From positions 896,298 through 960,297 of the forward strand of contig NC_057718.1 of assembly GCF_004010195.1 (NCBI RefSeq): a stretch of DNA of 64,000 bases, given 5' to 3'. Below, one piece after another: positions 40,799 through 52,967 of the stretch; the stretch's first letter is position 1, and every line of letters begins with the position of its first letter. The DNA is from Chiloscyllium plagiosum (lineage: Eukaryota). The position numbers and the translations under genes are program-made. Under the pieces are notes generated by a model, which made no database searches, was not told where the DNA came from, and was given only the letters and a program-made list of their open reading frames with translations.

Positions 40799-41951
40799 GA
40801 ATCAGAACCTGGTCACTTCTCAGCAAAACCTCGTCGCTGGGTCTTCATTAACACAGGCAGAGAACAGCACTGTCAAGCCAACGCTGGCATCTCCCTCCCA
40901 CAGCACAAACAGCAGCATTTCTGAACTTGATTTCAGCTTGTCACCTGGCTCCCGTCTAGGCATCAATGGTGCCAGCAATCCCTCGAACCTGGGCTTCTTG
41001 TCCGGAGTGCAAGTGGGAGCTTCTGGTCCTGTGAATCAGGACTCATCAATCTCTCAGAGCCCCAAACACAGCAGTTCAGGGATTACCCCACCAGTCCCAG
41101 GCTTTATAACGCCCAGAGCACTGGGCAATTCTAGGCACTCTTTTCCCCCGAGTGCAGCACATGTCCCATCAACAGGTAGGCACCCCTACCCTAACTCCAG
41201 TTGCAATGCCTACCCTTGCCCTTTCCCCAGTTCCAACTCTAAACCAAATCCCAACTCCAATCTTCCCCTTCAGTCTCTCCAGGTACTGAGTGAGGGCAAC
41301 AGGGTGCCTGTAAGTTTCCCTGGCACTTCAAGTGCACAGAGTGCACCAGTGTATCAATCTTTGCCTGCTGTGACAAAAGTGGCAGCACTGGACTCCAAGA
41401 CTGTGCTCCCAGGGAAAGTTGGGGACAACCTGAGCTTTGAACACTTGGGGAACAGCTCAGCACCTGCATGTGTGGGTGAGAGGCCAACTGACACTGACAG
41501 CAAAACTCTCCAGGACGACAATGTAAAACTGGTGGAACTGTTGACCAGCAGCCAGGAACAAACCAGACCATGTGAGCTAGACACAGGGAGCAAGGGTAAC
41601 CTCTCTCTTCCCACAACAAGTGCTCCGTGCCACACGTTACACACTAGCTCCTTGACAGAACGCCACAAAATCCTGCACCGCCTTCTGCAGCAGGAGGGAT
41701 CTCCCTCTGACATCCCAGCAATGCTGCTTCCTCAAGATAGGAAGGAGGTTGCTCGGTGTGGTCAGGAGGGGGAAGGGCCCAGGAGAAAGGATGTGAAGGA
41801 TCACCAGTTGCTGCGTTACCTGCTGGACAAGGATGAGCCCACAACTCCCGGCCTCAGTCTGGACGATGTGACACTGAAGTCGGAGCGCCCCAGTGGTTTC
41901 GGAGACTGTGCACTTGGCCTCAAGAAAGGCCCTCAGGACAAGCTGGAGCAG
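40799..41951 (+). CDS. NCOA1: NCOA1-like large exon with nuclear receptor interaction domain (three LxxLL boxes)
   Basis: ctctag| acceptor and CAG|gtgagc donor; 1153 nt open, phase 2-0. S/P-rich, with LVELL (41529-41543), HKILHRLLQ (LHRLL 41673-41687) and KDHQLLRYLLDKDE (LRYLL 41811-41825). Confidence 0.95.
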
Positions 41952-42741
41952 GTGAGCTGAGGGATGTGGGAGAGCGGGGCTGGTGGTGGGACTAGGGTGA
42001 CTCTGGGACGTGTGGTCTGGTGATAGGTTTGCTGTGAGAGTGAAGGGCATGTGAAGAGCTGCAATTGGAGTTGAGGTTTGTGGTTTTACAGAGAGGAGGT
42101 GGTTACATAAGAGGTTAAAGCAAGAGCCAGTGACTTGAGGGCAGTTATCTGGAAAATAGCAGAGCAAACAAGTAAGGTTCTGTATTCAGGAGACATAGTG
42201 GTTGAATGAACAGGCAGGATGGCTATGATTTAGTGCAGCATATGAATGATTCATTTTGGTAGGAAGATTGAGGAGAGAAAATATAAAATATAGGAGCAGA
42301 ATTAAGCCATTTTGCCCATTGAGTCTATTCCACCATTTAGTCGTGGGCTGATTTTTTTTTCTTGCCTTCTCCCTTGCTAATCAAGAATGTGCTAACTGTC
42401 GCAGTTTAAAATAGCTGTAGGAGCAGAGATCTGAGGGTACATGGTCACAAATTTTTGAATGTGGCAAAACAAATAGAGAAAGCTGTTAGAAGCATGTGGT
42501 ATCCTTGCCTTTATAAACAGAGGCATAGAGCAAAAAGCAAGGAAGTTATGATAACCCTTTTCAAGACACTGATTAGGCCACAGCTGAAGGGTTGTGCCCA
42601 GGAACATAGATTGGACCTTCAAGAGCTATCATAGGAACAATGATTAAATGACTACCCGGTGAGCTATTTGATTCAAGGGTAAGGCTAATAGAATGCTGGC
42701 CTTGATCTCAGGTGGCCTGGAAGACATAGAGAAAGGAGTTA

Positions 42742-43862
42742 GAACATAGAACAGTACAGCACAGTGCAGGTCTTCAGCCCTCATGTTGTGCTGACCTTTT
42801 ATCCTTCTCTAAGATCAAACTAACCTACACACCCTACATTGTACTATCATCCATGTGCCTATCCAAGAGTTACTTAGATGTCCTTAATGTATCTGACTCT
42901 ACTACCACTGCTGGCAGTGCATTCCATGCACCCATCATTCTCTGTGGAAAGAAGCTATGTCTGACATCTCTCCTAAACCTTCCTCCAATTACCTTAATAT
43001 TATGTCCCCTTGTGATAGCCATTTCTGCCCTGGGAAAATATCTCTGGCTATCCACTCATCATCCACTATGCCTCTCATCATCTTGTACACCTCTATTCAG
43101 TCACTTCTCATCCTTCTTCTCTCTAGTGAGAAAAGCCCTAGCTCCCTCAACCTTTCTTCATAAGACATGCCCTGCAATCCAGACAGCATCCTGGTAAATC
43201 TTCTCTGCACCTTCTCTGAAGCTTCCACATCCTTGGTATGATGAGGCAACCAGAACTAGACTCAATGTTCCAATTGTTGTCGAACCAGGACTTTATAGAG
43301 CTACTGTATAACCTCACAGCTCTTAAACTCAATTCCCCTGCTAACGAAGCCAGTTACCCCATATGCCTTCTTAATAACCCTGTCAGCTTGGGTAGCAAAT
43401 TTGAGGGATCTATGGACATAGACCCCAAGAACCCTCTGTTCCTCCACATTGCCAAGAATCCTGCTTTTAACCCTGTAATCTGCATTCAAATTCGACCTTC
43501 CAAAATGAATGACTTTCCAGGTTGAACTCCATCTGCCACTTAACAGTTCTTCTGCATCCTTTTAATGTCTCATTGCAACCTACAACAGCCTCCACACTGT
43601 CCACCACGCCTCCAACCTTTGTGTCATCAGCAAACTAATCCATCCTTCCACTTCCTCACCCAAGTCATTTATAAAAATCATGAAGAGCAGAGGTTCCAGA
43701 ATGGATCCCTATGGAACACCACTGGTCACTGAACTCCAGGCTGAATACTTACCATCTACCATCACCCTCTTCTATGGATCAGCCAATTCTCTATGCAGAC
43801 AGTCAGATTTCCCTGTATCCCATGCCTCCTTACCTTCTGAATTAGCCTACCATGGGGAACCT
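42742..43862 (-). mobile_element. CR1 LINE 3' fragment
   Basis: Minus-strand CR1 ORF2 C-terminal motifs (GAWNALP) and agaacatagaac tail. Confidence 0.85.
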
Positions 43863-46379
43863 TATGTTTCTTTGCAAGTCTGATGATACCCTATGTGAAG
43901 AGTATACATGGCAACTTAGCCCCATCTATCAGCTTATTTCTTTATATTTGCAATATTTGTGTAAGAAAAGCTTTGAAATCTGGATTGATGCCCAGCCTCC
44001 ACATCACTTTTGGGGAAGGAATTCTGCACTTTCACTTTCTCCATCCAAAGGGACAATACCCAGAATTCAGTGCAGTATCTCATATGTCCAACTAGAATTC
44101 TCAAGAGCCTGAAACCGAACTTCCATTTCCCCTGGACTTCAGCTCCTTTATTACAATGGTCTCATTAATTATGCTGTCCGTGAAGTTTAGTGACATCTAG
44201 GAATCTTTTGGCCTTGGAAGAAGTGCAACATGCATTCACCCAGTTGAATGCTAGTGATGCCAGGACGAAAAGTGTTAAATCATGAGTAAGGTTTATCGCG
44301 ACTGCAATACAAAATTAGGATTAGGAATAAGAGTGGCTATTCAGTGTTTTGACCCTTATTCTCCATTTGATAAGATCACAGCAGAATCTGGTTTGGGGCA
44401 CAATTCCAATTTCGTGTACCCTCAAAACTCTTGAATCTTATATCTGTTGAAAATCTAACTCTTACTTTCTGGGGAAGAGACTGCCGGAACTAGTGATCCT
44501 AAAACTTAAGTTTTGAAAGTTGATTGAGTTGCTTTGTTCGAGGTGATAAAGGAAATCTATCGCATTGATAGCAAGAAATTATTCCTTTTGAAGGAGTCAA
44601 ATTCTGGGAGCATAGAATCTTAAAATTGTAGCCAGCACCTTTCAGGGTGATGTCAGAAACTGCTGTTTTTTTAATTCAGTCATGGGATGTGGGCCTTGCT
44701 GGCTGGACGATTTATTGCCCATCCCTAGTTGCCTTATAGAAGGTGATGGCGAGTTGCTTTTTTGGACCGCTGCAGTCCCTGTGCAGTCGATAGCTTTTCC
44801 CATGAAGAATAAGAGGTACATTTCAGTAAGAAGAGGAGGGGAGTGAGTATAGTTAAATGACATTATTTGAAAAGAGAATGCAAGAAGAGGGGGACTCAGC
44901 AATGAACAAATCTGTCAAGATATCAGGATAAGTTAATAAAGCAGATGGATCCTGGGATTTGTATATGGAGACATTAGAGTACATGCTAAATTTTTATAAA
45001 GCAATAGATAGGTCCTGGCTGCAATAATCTATTTTGGGCACTAGATTTTTGGAAGGATGGAAAGGCTTTGCATAGGGCATAGAGGAGGTTTTACTAGAAT
45101 AGTTCCAGTCTGAAGGATTACAGCTACACAGTTGGAGTGGAAAAGTTGCAATATTCTCCACAGGTGGTGAAAACTAAGAATATTTGAAAGAGGTGTTTCG
45201 AATCATGGAGGATTTAGAATAATGAAAAGAAACTGTTTCCAATGGGCAAAAGGTTGATAACCAGGCACACAGATTTTAAAGGAAAGCAAAATATTGCAGC
45301 TGCTTGAAATCTGAAACAAAAATAGAGAATGCTAGAGAAACTTATCAGGTCTGGCACCATCTGTGGAGAGAGAAACAGAGTTTACATTTCAAATCAGATG
45401 ATGACTGTCACTAAATGGGAAGTGAAGATTGTGGTTTCAATCGAAACAGAAAACCAAAGAACTGTGGATGCTGGAAATCAAAAAAAAAATCAGAAATTGC
45501 TGGAAAAACTCAACAGGTTTTCCAGCATTTGAGGAGGGAAAGCAAAGTTAACGTTTTGGATCAAGTGACCTTTCATCAGAACTGGTTTTTAAATCTGTTA
45601 TCAGAAGGGGAGAAGGGGGGAATGTGAAAAAGATGGGTGGGTGCTCAGCAATGGATATGAAAAGGGAAAAAATGGTCTCACCCTGTTGAAAGCAAAGTCA
45701 ACAAGAGATAAACCTGACACATTTGGGTGGGGATGGATTGGGGCTTTGTCATCAAAATGAGTATTAGAGGTCTTGCTGTGAAGTCCAAGAATGCATAAGT
45801 GGAAAATGAGGTGGTGTTCCAATAGCTTGCATCGAACTTCAGTTCCCGTCTAACACTTCCACATTGGGCCTGCTACAGTATTCCAATGAAGTGGTGTATT
45901 GAAATGTCAAACAACTGGAAAGTCAGGGTAGTTCTTGCAGATATTGCAGATGTATTCTGCAAAGTGGTCACCTAGTCTGTATCTGGTCTCGCCAATGTAA
46001 AGCAGACTGCATTTGAGCGGTGAATGCAGGAGACCAGATTGAAAGAAATACAAGTACAATGCTGCTTCACCTGGAAGATGTGTTCGTGCCTTGGACATTG
46101 AAGAGGGAGCATGTAAATGGACAAGTGTTACATCATCTGCAATTGCATGGGAAGGTGCCATGACAGGGTGAGGAAGTGTTAGAAGTGATGCCAGAGTGAA
46201 CCAGATGTCACCAAAGGAAACTGACATTGGAGTGAGGAGATGGCGTGTTTGGAAATACCATCTTGCCTTAAGTGGAGGAAAAGGCAGAAGATGATCCTTT
46301 CAACGCAGAGTCTAATGGGGTGGAAATTGAGGACAAAGGTAATCATATAACTGATCTTGGAAGGAGTGAGGGCAGAGGA

Positions 46380-48225
46380 TTGAGGAGTATACGTGCTGTA
46401 GGAAAATGCTCGAGGGAAATCAGGAGGACAAAAAGGGAACATGAGAGAGCTTTGGCAAAGAGGGTTAAGGAGAATCCAAAGAGATTATACAAGTACATCC
46501 AGGATAAAAGAGTAACTAGGGAGAGAATACGGCCCCTTAAAGATCAACAAGGCTGTGTTGAAGGGGATTCTAAAGTCTGTGTGTAGAACCACAGGAGATA
46601 GATGAGATACTAAATGAGTATTTTGCATTGGTATTTGGTGTGGAGAAAGATATGGAAGGTGGAGAACTTGGAGAAAGAAATAGTGATATCTTGAAAAGTG
46701 TCCATATTACAGAGGAGGAGCAGCTCAATGTCTTAAAACACAAAAGTGGACAAATGCCCAGGATCTGATCAGGCATATCCTAGAACTCTATGGCAAGCTA
46801 GGGAAGTGATTGCTGGGACCCTTGTTGAGTTATTTTTATCATTGATAGCTGTTAGTGAGGTGCCAGAAGACTAGAGATGGCTAATGTGATGCCATTATTT
46901 AAGAAATGTGGTATGGAAAAGCCAGGGAACTATAGACCGATGAGCCTGACATCAGTGGTGGGCAAGTTGTTGGAGGGGATTCTAAGGTCTACATGTATTT
47001 GAAAAGACAAGGAGTAATTAGGGATCATCAACACGGCTTCATGAGTGAGAAAACATGTCTCACTAACTTGATTAATGTTTTTGAACAAGTGACAGTAAAG
47101 ATTGATGAAGGCGGGGGTGGACATTATCTGTGTGGACTTCAGTAAGATGTTCAGTAAGGTTCTGCATGATAGAATAGTTAGCAAGATTAGATCATGTGGA
47201 ATCCAGGGAGAGGTAGCCATTTTTGGGTGCAGAATTGGCTTGAAATAGGAGACTGGATGGAAATGGAGGGTTTTATTTCCTGACTGGATGCCTGTGACTA
47301 GCAGTGTGCTGCAAGGTTTTGTTTTGGGTTCACTGCTTTTTGTCATTTATATAAATGATTTGGATGCAAATATAGGAAATATGGTTAGTAAGTTTACAGA
47401 TGACATCAAAATTGGTGGTATAGTGGACAGTGAAGAAGGTTATCTAAGAGTACAGTGGGACCTTGATCAAATGGGCTGAGGAGTGGCGGATAGAGTTTAA
47501 TTTAGATAGATATGAGATATCACATTTTGGCAAGGCAAATCAGGATGTATGCAGTTAATGGCAGGGTCCTGGGGTGGTATTGCCCAACAAAGACACCTAG
47601 AGGTACAGGTTCATAGTTCCTCGAAGGTGGAGTAAGAGTTGGACAGGATAGTAAAGAAAGTGTTTGGTATGCTTGCCTTTATTGGTCAGTGCATTGAGTG
47701 TAAGAGTTTGGATGTCATGTTGCAGCTGTACGAGACATTGGTTCGGCCACCTTTGGAGTACTGCATTCAGTTCTGGTCTCCCTGCTACAGGAAAGGTGTT
47801 GTCCAACTTGAAAAGGTTTAGAAAAGGTTTACAAGGATGTTGTCACAGTTGGAGAGGCTGAAGAAGCTGGGGCTGTTCTCCCTGGAGTGTTGGAGGTTGA
47901 GGGCTGACCTTAGAGGTTTATGAAATCATGAGGGGCATGGATAGGATAAACAGACAAAGGTCTTTTTCCCAGAGTAGGGAAGTCCAAAACTAGGGGGTAT
48001 AGGTTTAAGGTGAGAGGGGAAAGATATAAAAGGGAGGTAAGGGGCAACGTTTTCACGCAGAGGGTGGTGTGTGTATGGAATGAGCTCAGAGGAGGTGGTG
48101 GAAGCTTGTAGAAATACAACATGTAAAAGGCGTCTGGATGGGTACATGAACAGAGAGGGTATTTGGTCGGCATGGAAGAGTTGGAACAAAGGGTCTCTTT
48201 CAGTGTGATACAACTCTATGACTCT
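46380..48225 (+). mobile_element. CR1 LINE ORF2 fragment
   Basis: KENPKRLYKY, YINDLD, SKFTDDIK and EYCIQFWSP; ctatgact tail. Confidence 0.85.
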
Positions 48226-48371
48226 TAGTGCAGGATTGGGGTGATACATAGCTGAGACACGTGTCAAACCTGATGGGGGGAGGTGGAAGCCCTTGGTTGA
48301 GGAAAAAGCAGGACATATTGGAGACAGCCCAATGATAGTTGGCATCATTGGAACAGATGTGATGGGGACAG

Positions 48372-49089
48372 TACAAAGAGATCTGGGTGTTCTTGTGCAC
48401 CAGTCAATGAAGGTAAGCATGCAGGTACAGCAGGTAGTGAAGAAGGCTAATAGCATGCTGGCCTTCATAACAAGAGGAATTGAGTATAGAAGCAAAGAGG
48501 TTCTTCTGCAGCTGTACAGGGCCCTGGTGAGACCACACCTGGAGTACTGTGTGCAGTTCTGGTCTCCAAATTTGAGGAGATCAGAACTGCTATTGAGGGA
48601 GTGCAGCGTAGGTTCACAAGGTCAATTCCTGGAATGGCGGGACTACCTTACGCTGAAAGACTGGAGCGACTGGGCTTGTATACCCTTGAGTTTAGAAGAC
48701 TGAGAGAGGATCTGATTGAGACAGATAAGATTATTAAAGGATTGGACACTCTGGAGGCAGGAAACATGTTTCCGCTGATGGGTGAGTGCCGAACCAGAGG
48801 ACACAGCTTAAAAATACGGGGTAGACTATTTAGGACAGAGATGAGGAGAAACTTCTTCACCCAGAGAGTGGTGGGTTTGTGGAATGCTCTGCCCCACAGG
48901 GCAGTGGAGACATAGTCTCTGGATTTGTTTAAGAAAGAGTTGGATAGAGCTCTCAAGGATAGTGGAATCAAGGGTTATGGAGATAAGGCAGGAACAGGAT
49001 ACTGATTAAGGATGATCAGCCATGATCATATTGAATGGTGGTGCAGGCTCGAAGGGCAGAATGGCCTACTCCTGCACCTATTGTCTATT
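48372..49089 (+). mobile_element. CR1 LINE 3' end
   Basis: LVRPHLEYCVQFWSP and GLWNALP; TSD gacag at 48367-48371 and 49090-49094. Confidence 0.88.
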
Positions 49090-49689
49090 GACAGAGAAAC
49101 TAGGAGATTGGAATGGAGTCCCAACAGAAAACAGGGTGTGAGGTAACTTTGGGAATCAGTGGGCTTGTAATAGATATTGGTGGACAGCCTATCCTCAGAA
49201 ATGGAAGCAGTGAAATCATGGAAAGGAAGGGAAGAGTTAGACATGGACCAGGCGAAAGTGAGAAAAGGTAGGAAGCGAAACGTGAATTTTTCCCAATTCC
49301 AGATGAGAGTGGGAAGAAACACTGAAGAGATCATGAATGTATTGGAGTAGGAATTATTGATGGGTGCCCAAGTAGGATTGGAACAAGGAGTGTTTTGCAT
49401 ACCCACCATAGCTCAGACCCGTGTGGTTGGCCACAGCTACAGCTTTGATCTGCACAAAGTAACGTGAGTTAAAGGAGAGTCTGCTGAAGTGAGAATGAGT
49501 TCAGTCAAGTGAAGGAGGGTGGTGGAAGGGGCTTGTTCAGCCCTCTTTTCAAAGAAGAAGCAGAAAGCCTTCAGACAATGCTGCTAGGGGGTGGATATGG
49601 AGGAGGATTGCTTATCCATGATGAAGGTGAGGCAGCTACAGCCAGATAATTGAAAAAAAGCATCAGAAAGAAACACTAATGTAAGTTTA

Positions 49690-51365
49690 TTTATTTATTC
49701 ATTTTTGTGGGATGTGGGCATTGCTGGCTGGTCAGCATTTATTACCTGTCCCTAGTTGCCCTTGAGAATGTGGGGGTGAGCTGCCGTCTTAAACCACTGC
49801 AGTCCATGTGCTGTGTGTTGACCCACAATGCCATTAGGGAGGGACTTCCAGAATTTTGACACAGTGACAGTGAAGGAACGACGATATATTTCCAAGTCAG
49901 GATGGTGAGTGGCTTGAAGGGAACTTGCAGGGGGTGGTGTTCCCATGTACCTGCTGCCCTTGTCCTTCTAGGTGGAAGTGGTTGTGGGTTTGGAAGGTGC
50001 TGTCTGAGGAACTTTGTATTTCTGCAGTGTATCTTATAGATAGTACACACTGCTGTTATTGACAGTCAGTCATAGAAGGAGTGGATGTTTGTGGATGCAG
50101 TGCTATTCAAGCGGTTGTTTTGTCCTGCATGGTGTCAAGCTTCCTGGGTGTTGTTGGAGCTGCACCCATCCAGGCAAGTGGGGAGTATTCCATCACACTC
50201 CTGACTTGTGCCTTGTAGATGGTGGACAGGCTTTCAGGAACAAGGAGGTCAGTTACTCATTGCAGTGTCCCTAGTCTCTGACTTGCTGTAGGAGCCACTG
50301 TGTTTATATGGTGAGTCCAGTTCAGTTTTTGGACTCCCAGGGTGTTGATAGTCGGGGATCGAGTGATGATAATACCATTGAATGTCAAGGGACAGTGGTT
50401 AGATTGTCTTTTATTGGTGATGGTCATTATCTGACATTTGTATGGCACAAATGTTACTTGCCACTTGTCAGCCCAAGCCTGGATATTACCCAGATCTTGT
50501 TGCATTTGAACATGGACTGCCTCAGTATCTGAGAAGTTGTGAATGGTACTGAATATCGTGCAACCATCGGTGAACAATCCCATTTTTGACCTTAAGATAG
50601 AGGGAAGGTCATTGATGAAACAGCTGAAGATGGTTGGGCCTAGGACACTCCCCAGTGGAACTCCTGCAGAGATGTCCTGGAGCTGAGATGACTGACCTTC
50701 AACAACCACAGCCATCTTCTTATGTGTCAGGTATGACTCTAACCAGTGGAAAGTTTGCCCCCTGATACCCATTGATTCCAGTTTAACTAGGGCTCCTCAG
50801 TCGAATGCAGCCTTGATGTCAAGGGCTGTCCCTCTCCCCTGCCCTCCCCTCTGGAATTCAGCTCTTTTGTCCATGTTTGACCCAAGGCTGTAATGAGGTC
50901 AGGAGCTGAGTGGCCCTGGGGGAACCCAAACTGGGCGTCACTGAGCAGGTTATTGCTGAGCAGGTGCTGCTTGATGGTACTGTTGGTGACACCTTCCATG
51001 ACTTTATTGATGAACGAGAGTAGACTTATGGGGCAGTAATTGGCCAGGTTGGATTTGTCCTGCTTTTTATGTACTGGGCATACCTGGGCAATTTTTCACA
51101 TTGTTGGGTAGATGCCAGTGTTGTAGCTGTACTGGAACAGCTTAGTAGGGGAGTGGCAAGTTCTGGAGCACAAGTCTTCAGTACTATTGCCAGAACATTA
51201 TCAGAGCCCATTGCCTTTGCAGTATCCCAGTGCTTCCAACTGTTTCTTGATCTTACGGGGAGTGAATCGAATTGGCTGAAGACTGGTGTCTGTGTTGCTG
51301 GGGACCACTGGAGGAGGCTGACACCGATCATCCACTTGGCACTGATGACTGAAGATTGTTGCGAA
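49690..51365 (-). mobile_element. CR1/L2-group LINE RT and 3' end
   Basis: AGVPLGSVLGPTIFSCFINDLPS and QAWADKWQVTF; tail ends in aataaataaataaa on minus. Confidence 0.85.
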
Positions 51366-52501
51366 AGTGGGAAGAGACTGAACAAGAGTGGGGAAAAAGG
51401 AAGAGTCAAGATGCAGAGAAATAAAATCACTGGGGCATGTACAGGTTGAAACAATGGGTCTGCCAGAGCTGTCCTGGTTTTGGATTTTGGGAACAAGGTA
51501 GTGGGGTGTGCAGGCCTGGGGTAACTGTGAGGTGGGAAGCTGTGAAGGGAAGATTGCGAAAGGTAGATGAGGTCAGTGACAGTCCTGGTAACAGCTGTTT
51601 TGTGGAACACCTCCACTCTGCGCACAAGAATGATCCTGACCTTCCCATTGCTTGCCATTTCAGTAAATCATCTTGCTGCCATGGTAACAAATCCAAGCTG
51701 AGCCAGCTACAGGTGTTGCAAGGAAGCTGAATGTAAACTGTAGAAATACCACCTCATTTTCTCCTTCAGCATTTTACAGCTTCTAGGATTCAACATTAAA
51801 CAATTTCAGAGCATGACCTCTGTCCAACAATTGATTACATCCCCACCCAGCCATCCCTGACATTATCTAATTTGTGACTTGTTGACTTTGCTCTCAGCAG
51901 AGCTGACCTGTTTTCTCCTTTTCTAACCTAGCTCCAATGATGCTGTCAGACCTGCTAAGTTTTTCCAGCACTTTGTTTTCATTTCCCAAACTTGAAGTAT
52001 TGACTCCTGTCCTTTTAATTGCTGGAGGAATGAGCTGAGTGAAGCATGAAAAGCTACATTTCCTTCAGTAGAGATTAACTTCAAGGAGTACCTTACAAAC
52101 TTTCTACAGCTCAGAAACAGGCCTTCTGGGCCAACATATCAGTGCTTCTGTTGTACTCCTCATGAGCCATGTCCCACCTTATTTCATTAAAGGTTAAGTT
52201 GCCATAGTCTTCTCATTAGAGAGAGAGGGGGGGGATCTGGTGGTGGTTTAACCTGAGGATCACCATGCCCCGAGAGAGGAGAGGTTGAGAAGGAAGGTCC
52301 TTCATGGTAACCTCATTAAACCTATCAGCAAAGGCTTATATTCCTTTCTCCTCCATTGTAGAGGCATAATGAAATCAAATAGTTTGTAAGAGCTTTTTGC
52401 TTGCTGAAGTTACAGTCTTTAGAAGTGTACGAAACACTGAGGGGTTTGCTGGCTGAACTAATGGAATGAGATGCTCTTTAAACCCCTGCCACCTTCTTCA
52501 G

Positions 52502-52673
52502 TTCACAGAGCTTGATCACCTGTTACCCACTTTGGAGGAAGCAGCCCAGTTACAAAGCAACTGCCAGTCCAGTGCAGCTAATAACGGCCTGACGTCGAGA
52601 GGTGGGAAGAGGGAGCAGCTTTTGGACCCACTTCACTCCAACAGCGTCACCAGGACACTTCAGCGCCTCAAGG
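52502..52673 (+). CDS. NCOA1: NCOA1-like internal exon
   Basis: cttcag| acceptor and G|gtatgt donor; 172 nt, phase 0-1. FTELDHLLPTLEEAAQL resembles NCOA1 FDQLLPTLEKAAQL. Confidence 0.88.
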
Positions 52674-52702
52674 GTATGTCACCAATGCTGTTCTCCTGCT
52701 AA

Positions 52703-52931
52703 GGAGAAAGTGAGGTCTGCAGATGCTGGAGATCAAAGTTGAAACTTTATTGCTGGAACAGCACAGCAGGTCAGGCAGCATCCAGGGAACAGGAGATTCG
52801 ACGTTTCGGGCACAGGCCCTTCCTCAGGAATGAGTCATTCCTGAGGAAGGGCCTGTGCCCGAAACGTCGAATCTCCTGTTCCCTGGATGCTGCCTGACCT
52901 GCTGTGCTGTTCCAGCAATAAAGTTTCAACA
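52703..52931. mobile_element. Palindromic PLE-derived element with 15-bp TSD
   Basis: TSD ctgttctcctgctaa at 52688-52702 and 52932-52946; perfect inverted arms 52738-52833 and 52835-52930. Confidence 0.92.
52837..52872 (+). ncRNA. Putative minimal type I hammerhead ribozyme (mirror copy on minus at 52796-52831)
   Basis: attc-CTGAGGA-a-GGGC(ctgt)GCCC-GAAAC-GTC-gaat: stem I attc/gaat, stem II, palindromic ACGT stem III and a GUC cleavage triplet. Confidence 0.7.
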
Positions 52932-52967
52932 CTGTTCTCCTGCTAACTCAAATCCTGTAAGTTTGAT

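Larger units (their letters stand above)
45760..49680 (-). mobile_element. Old PLE interrupted by two plus-strand CR1 copies
   Basis: GIY-YIG LLYIGETRYRL (45907-46227) and IYYKPTDSQSYL (about 49150); CR1 copies at about 46380-48225 and 48372-49089. Confidence 0.72.
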
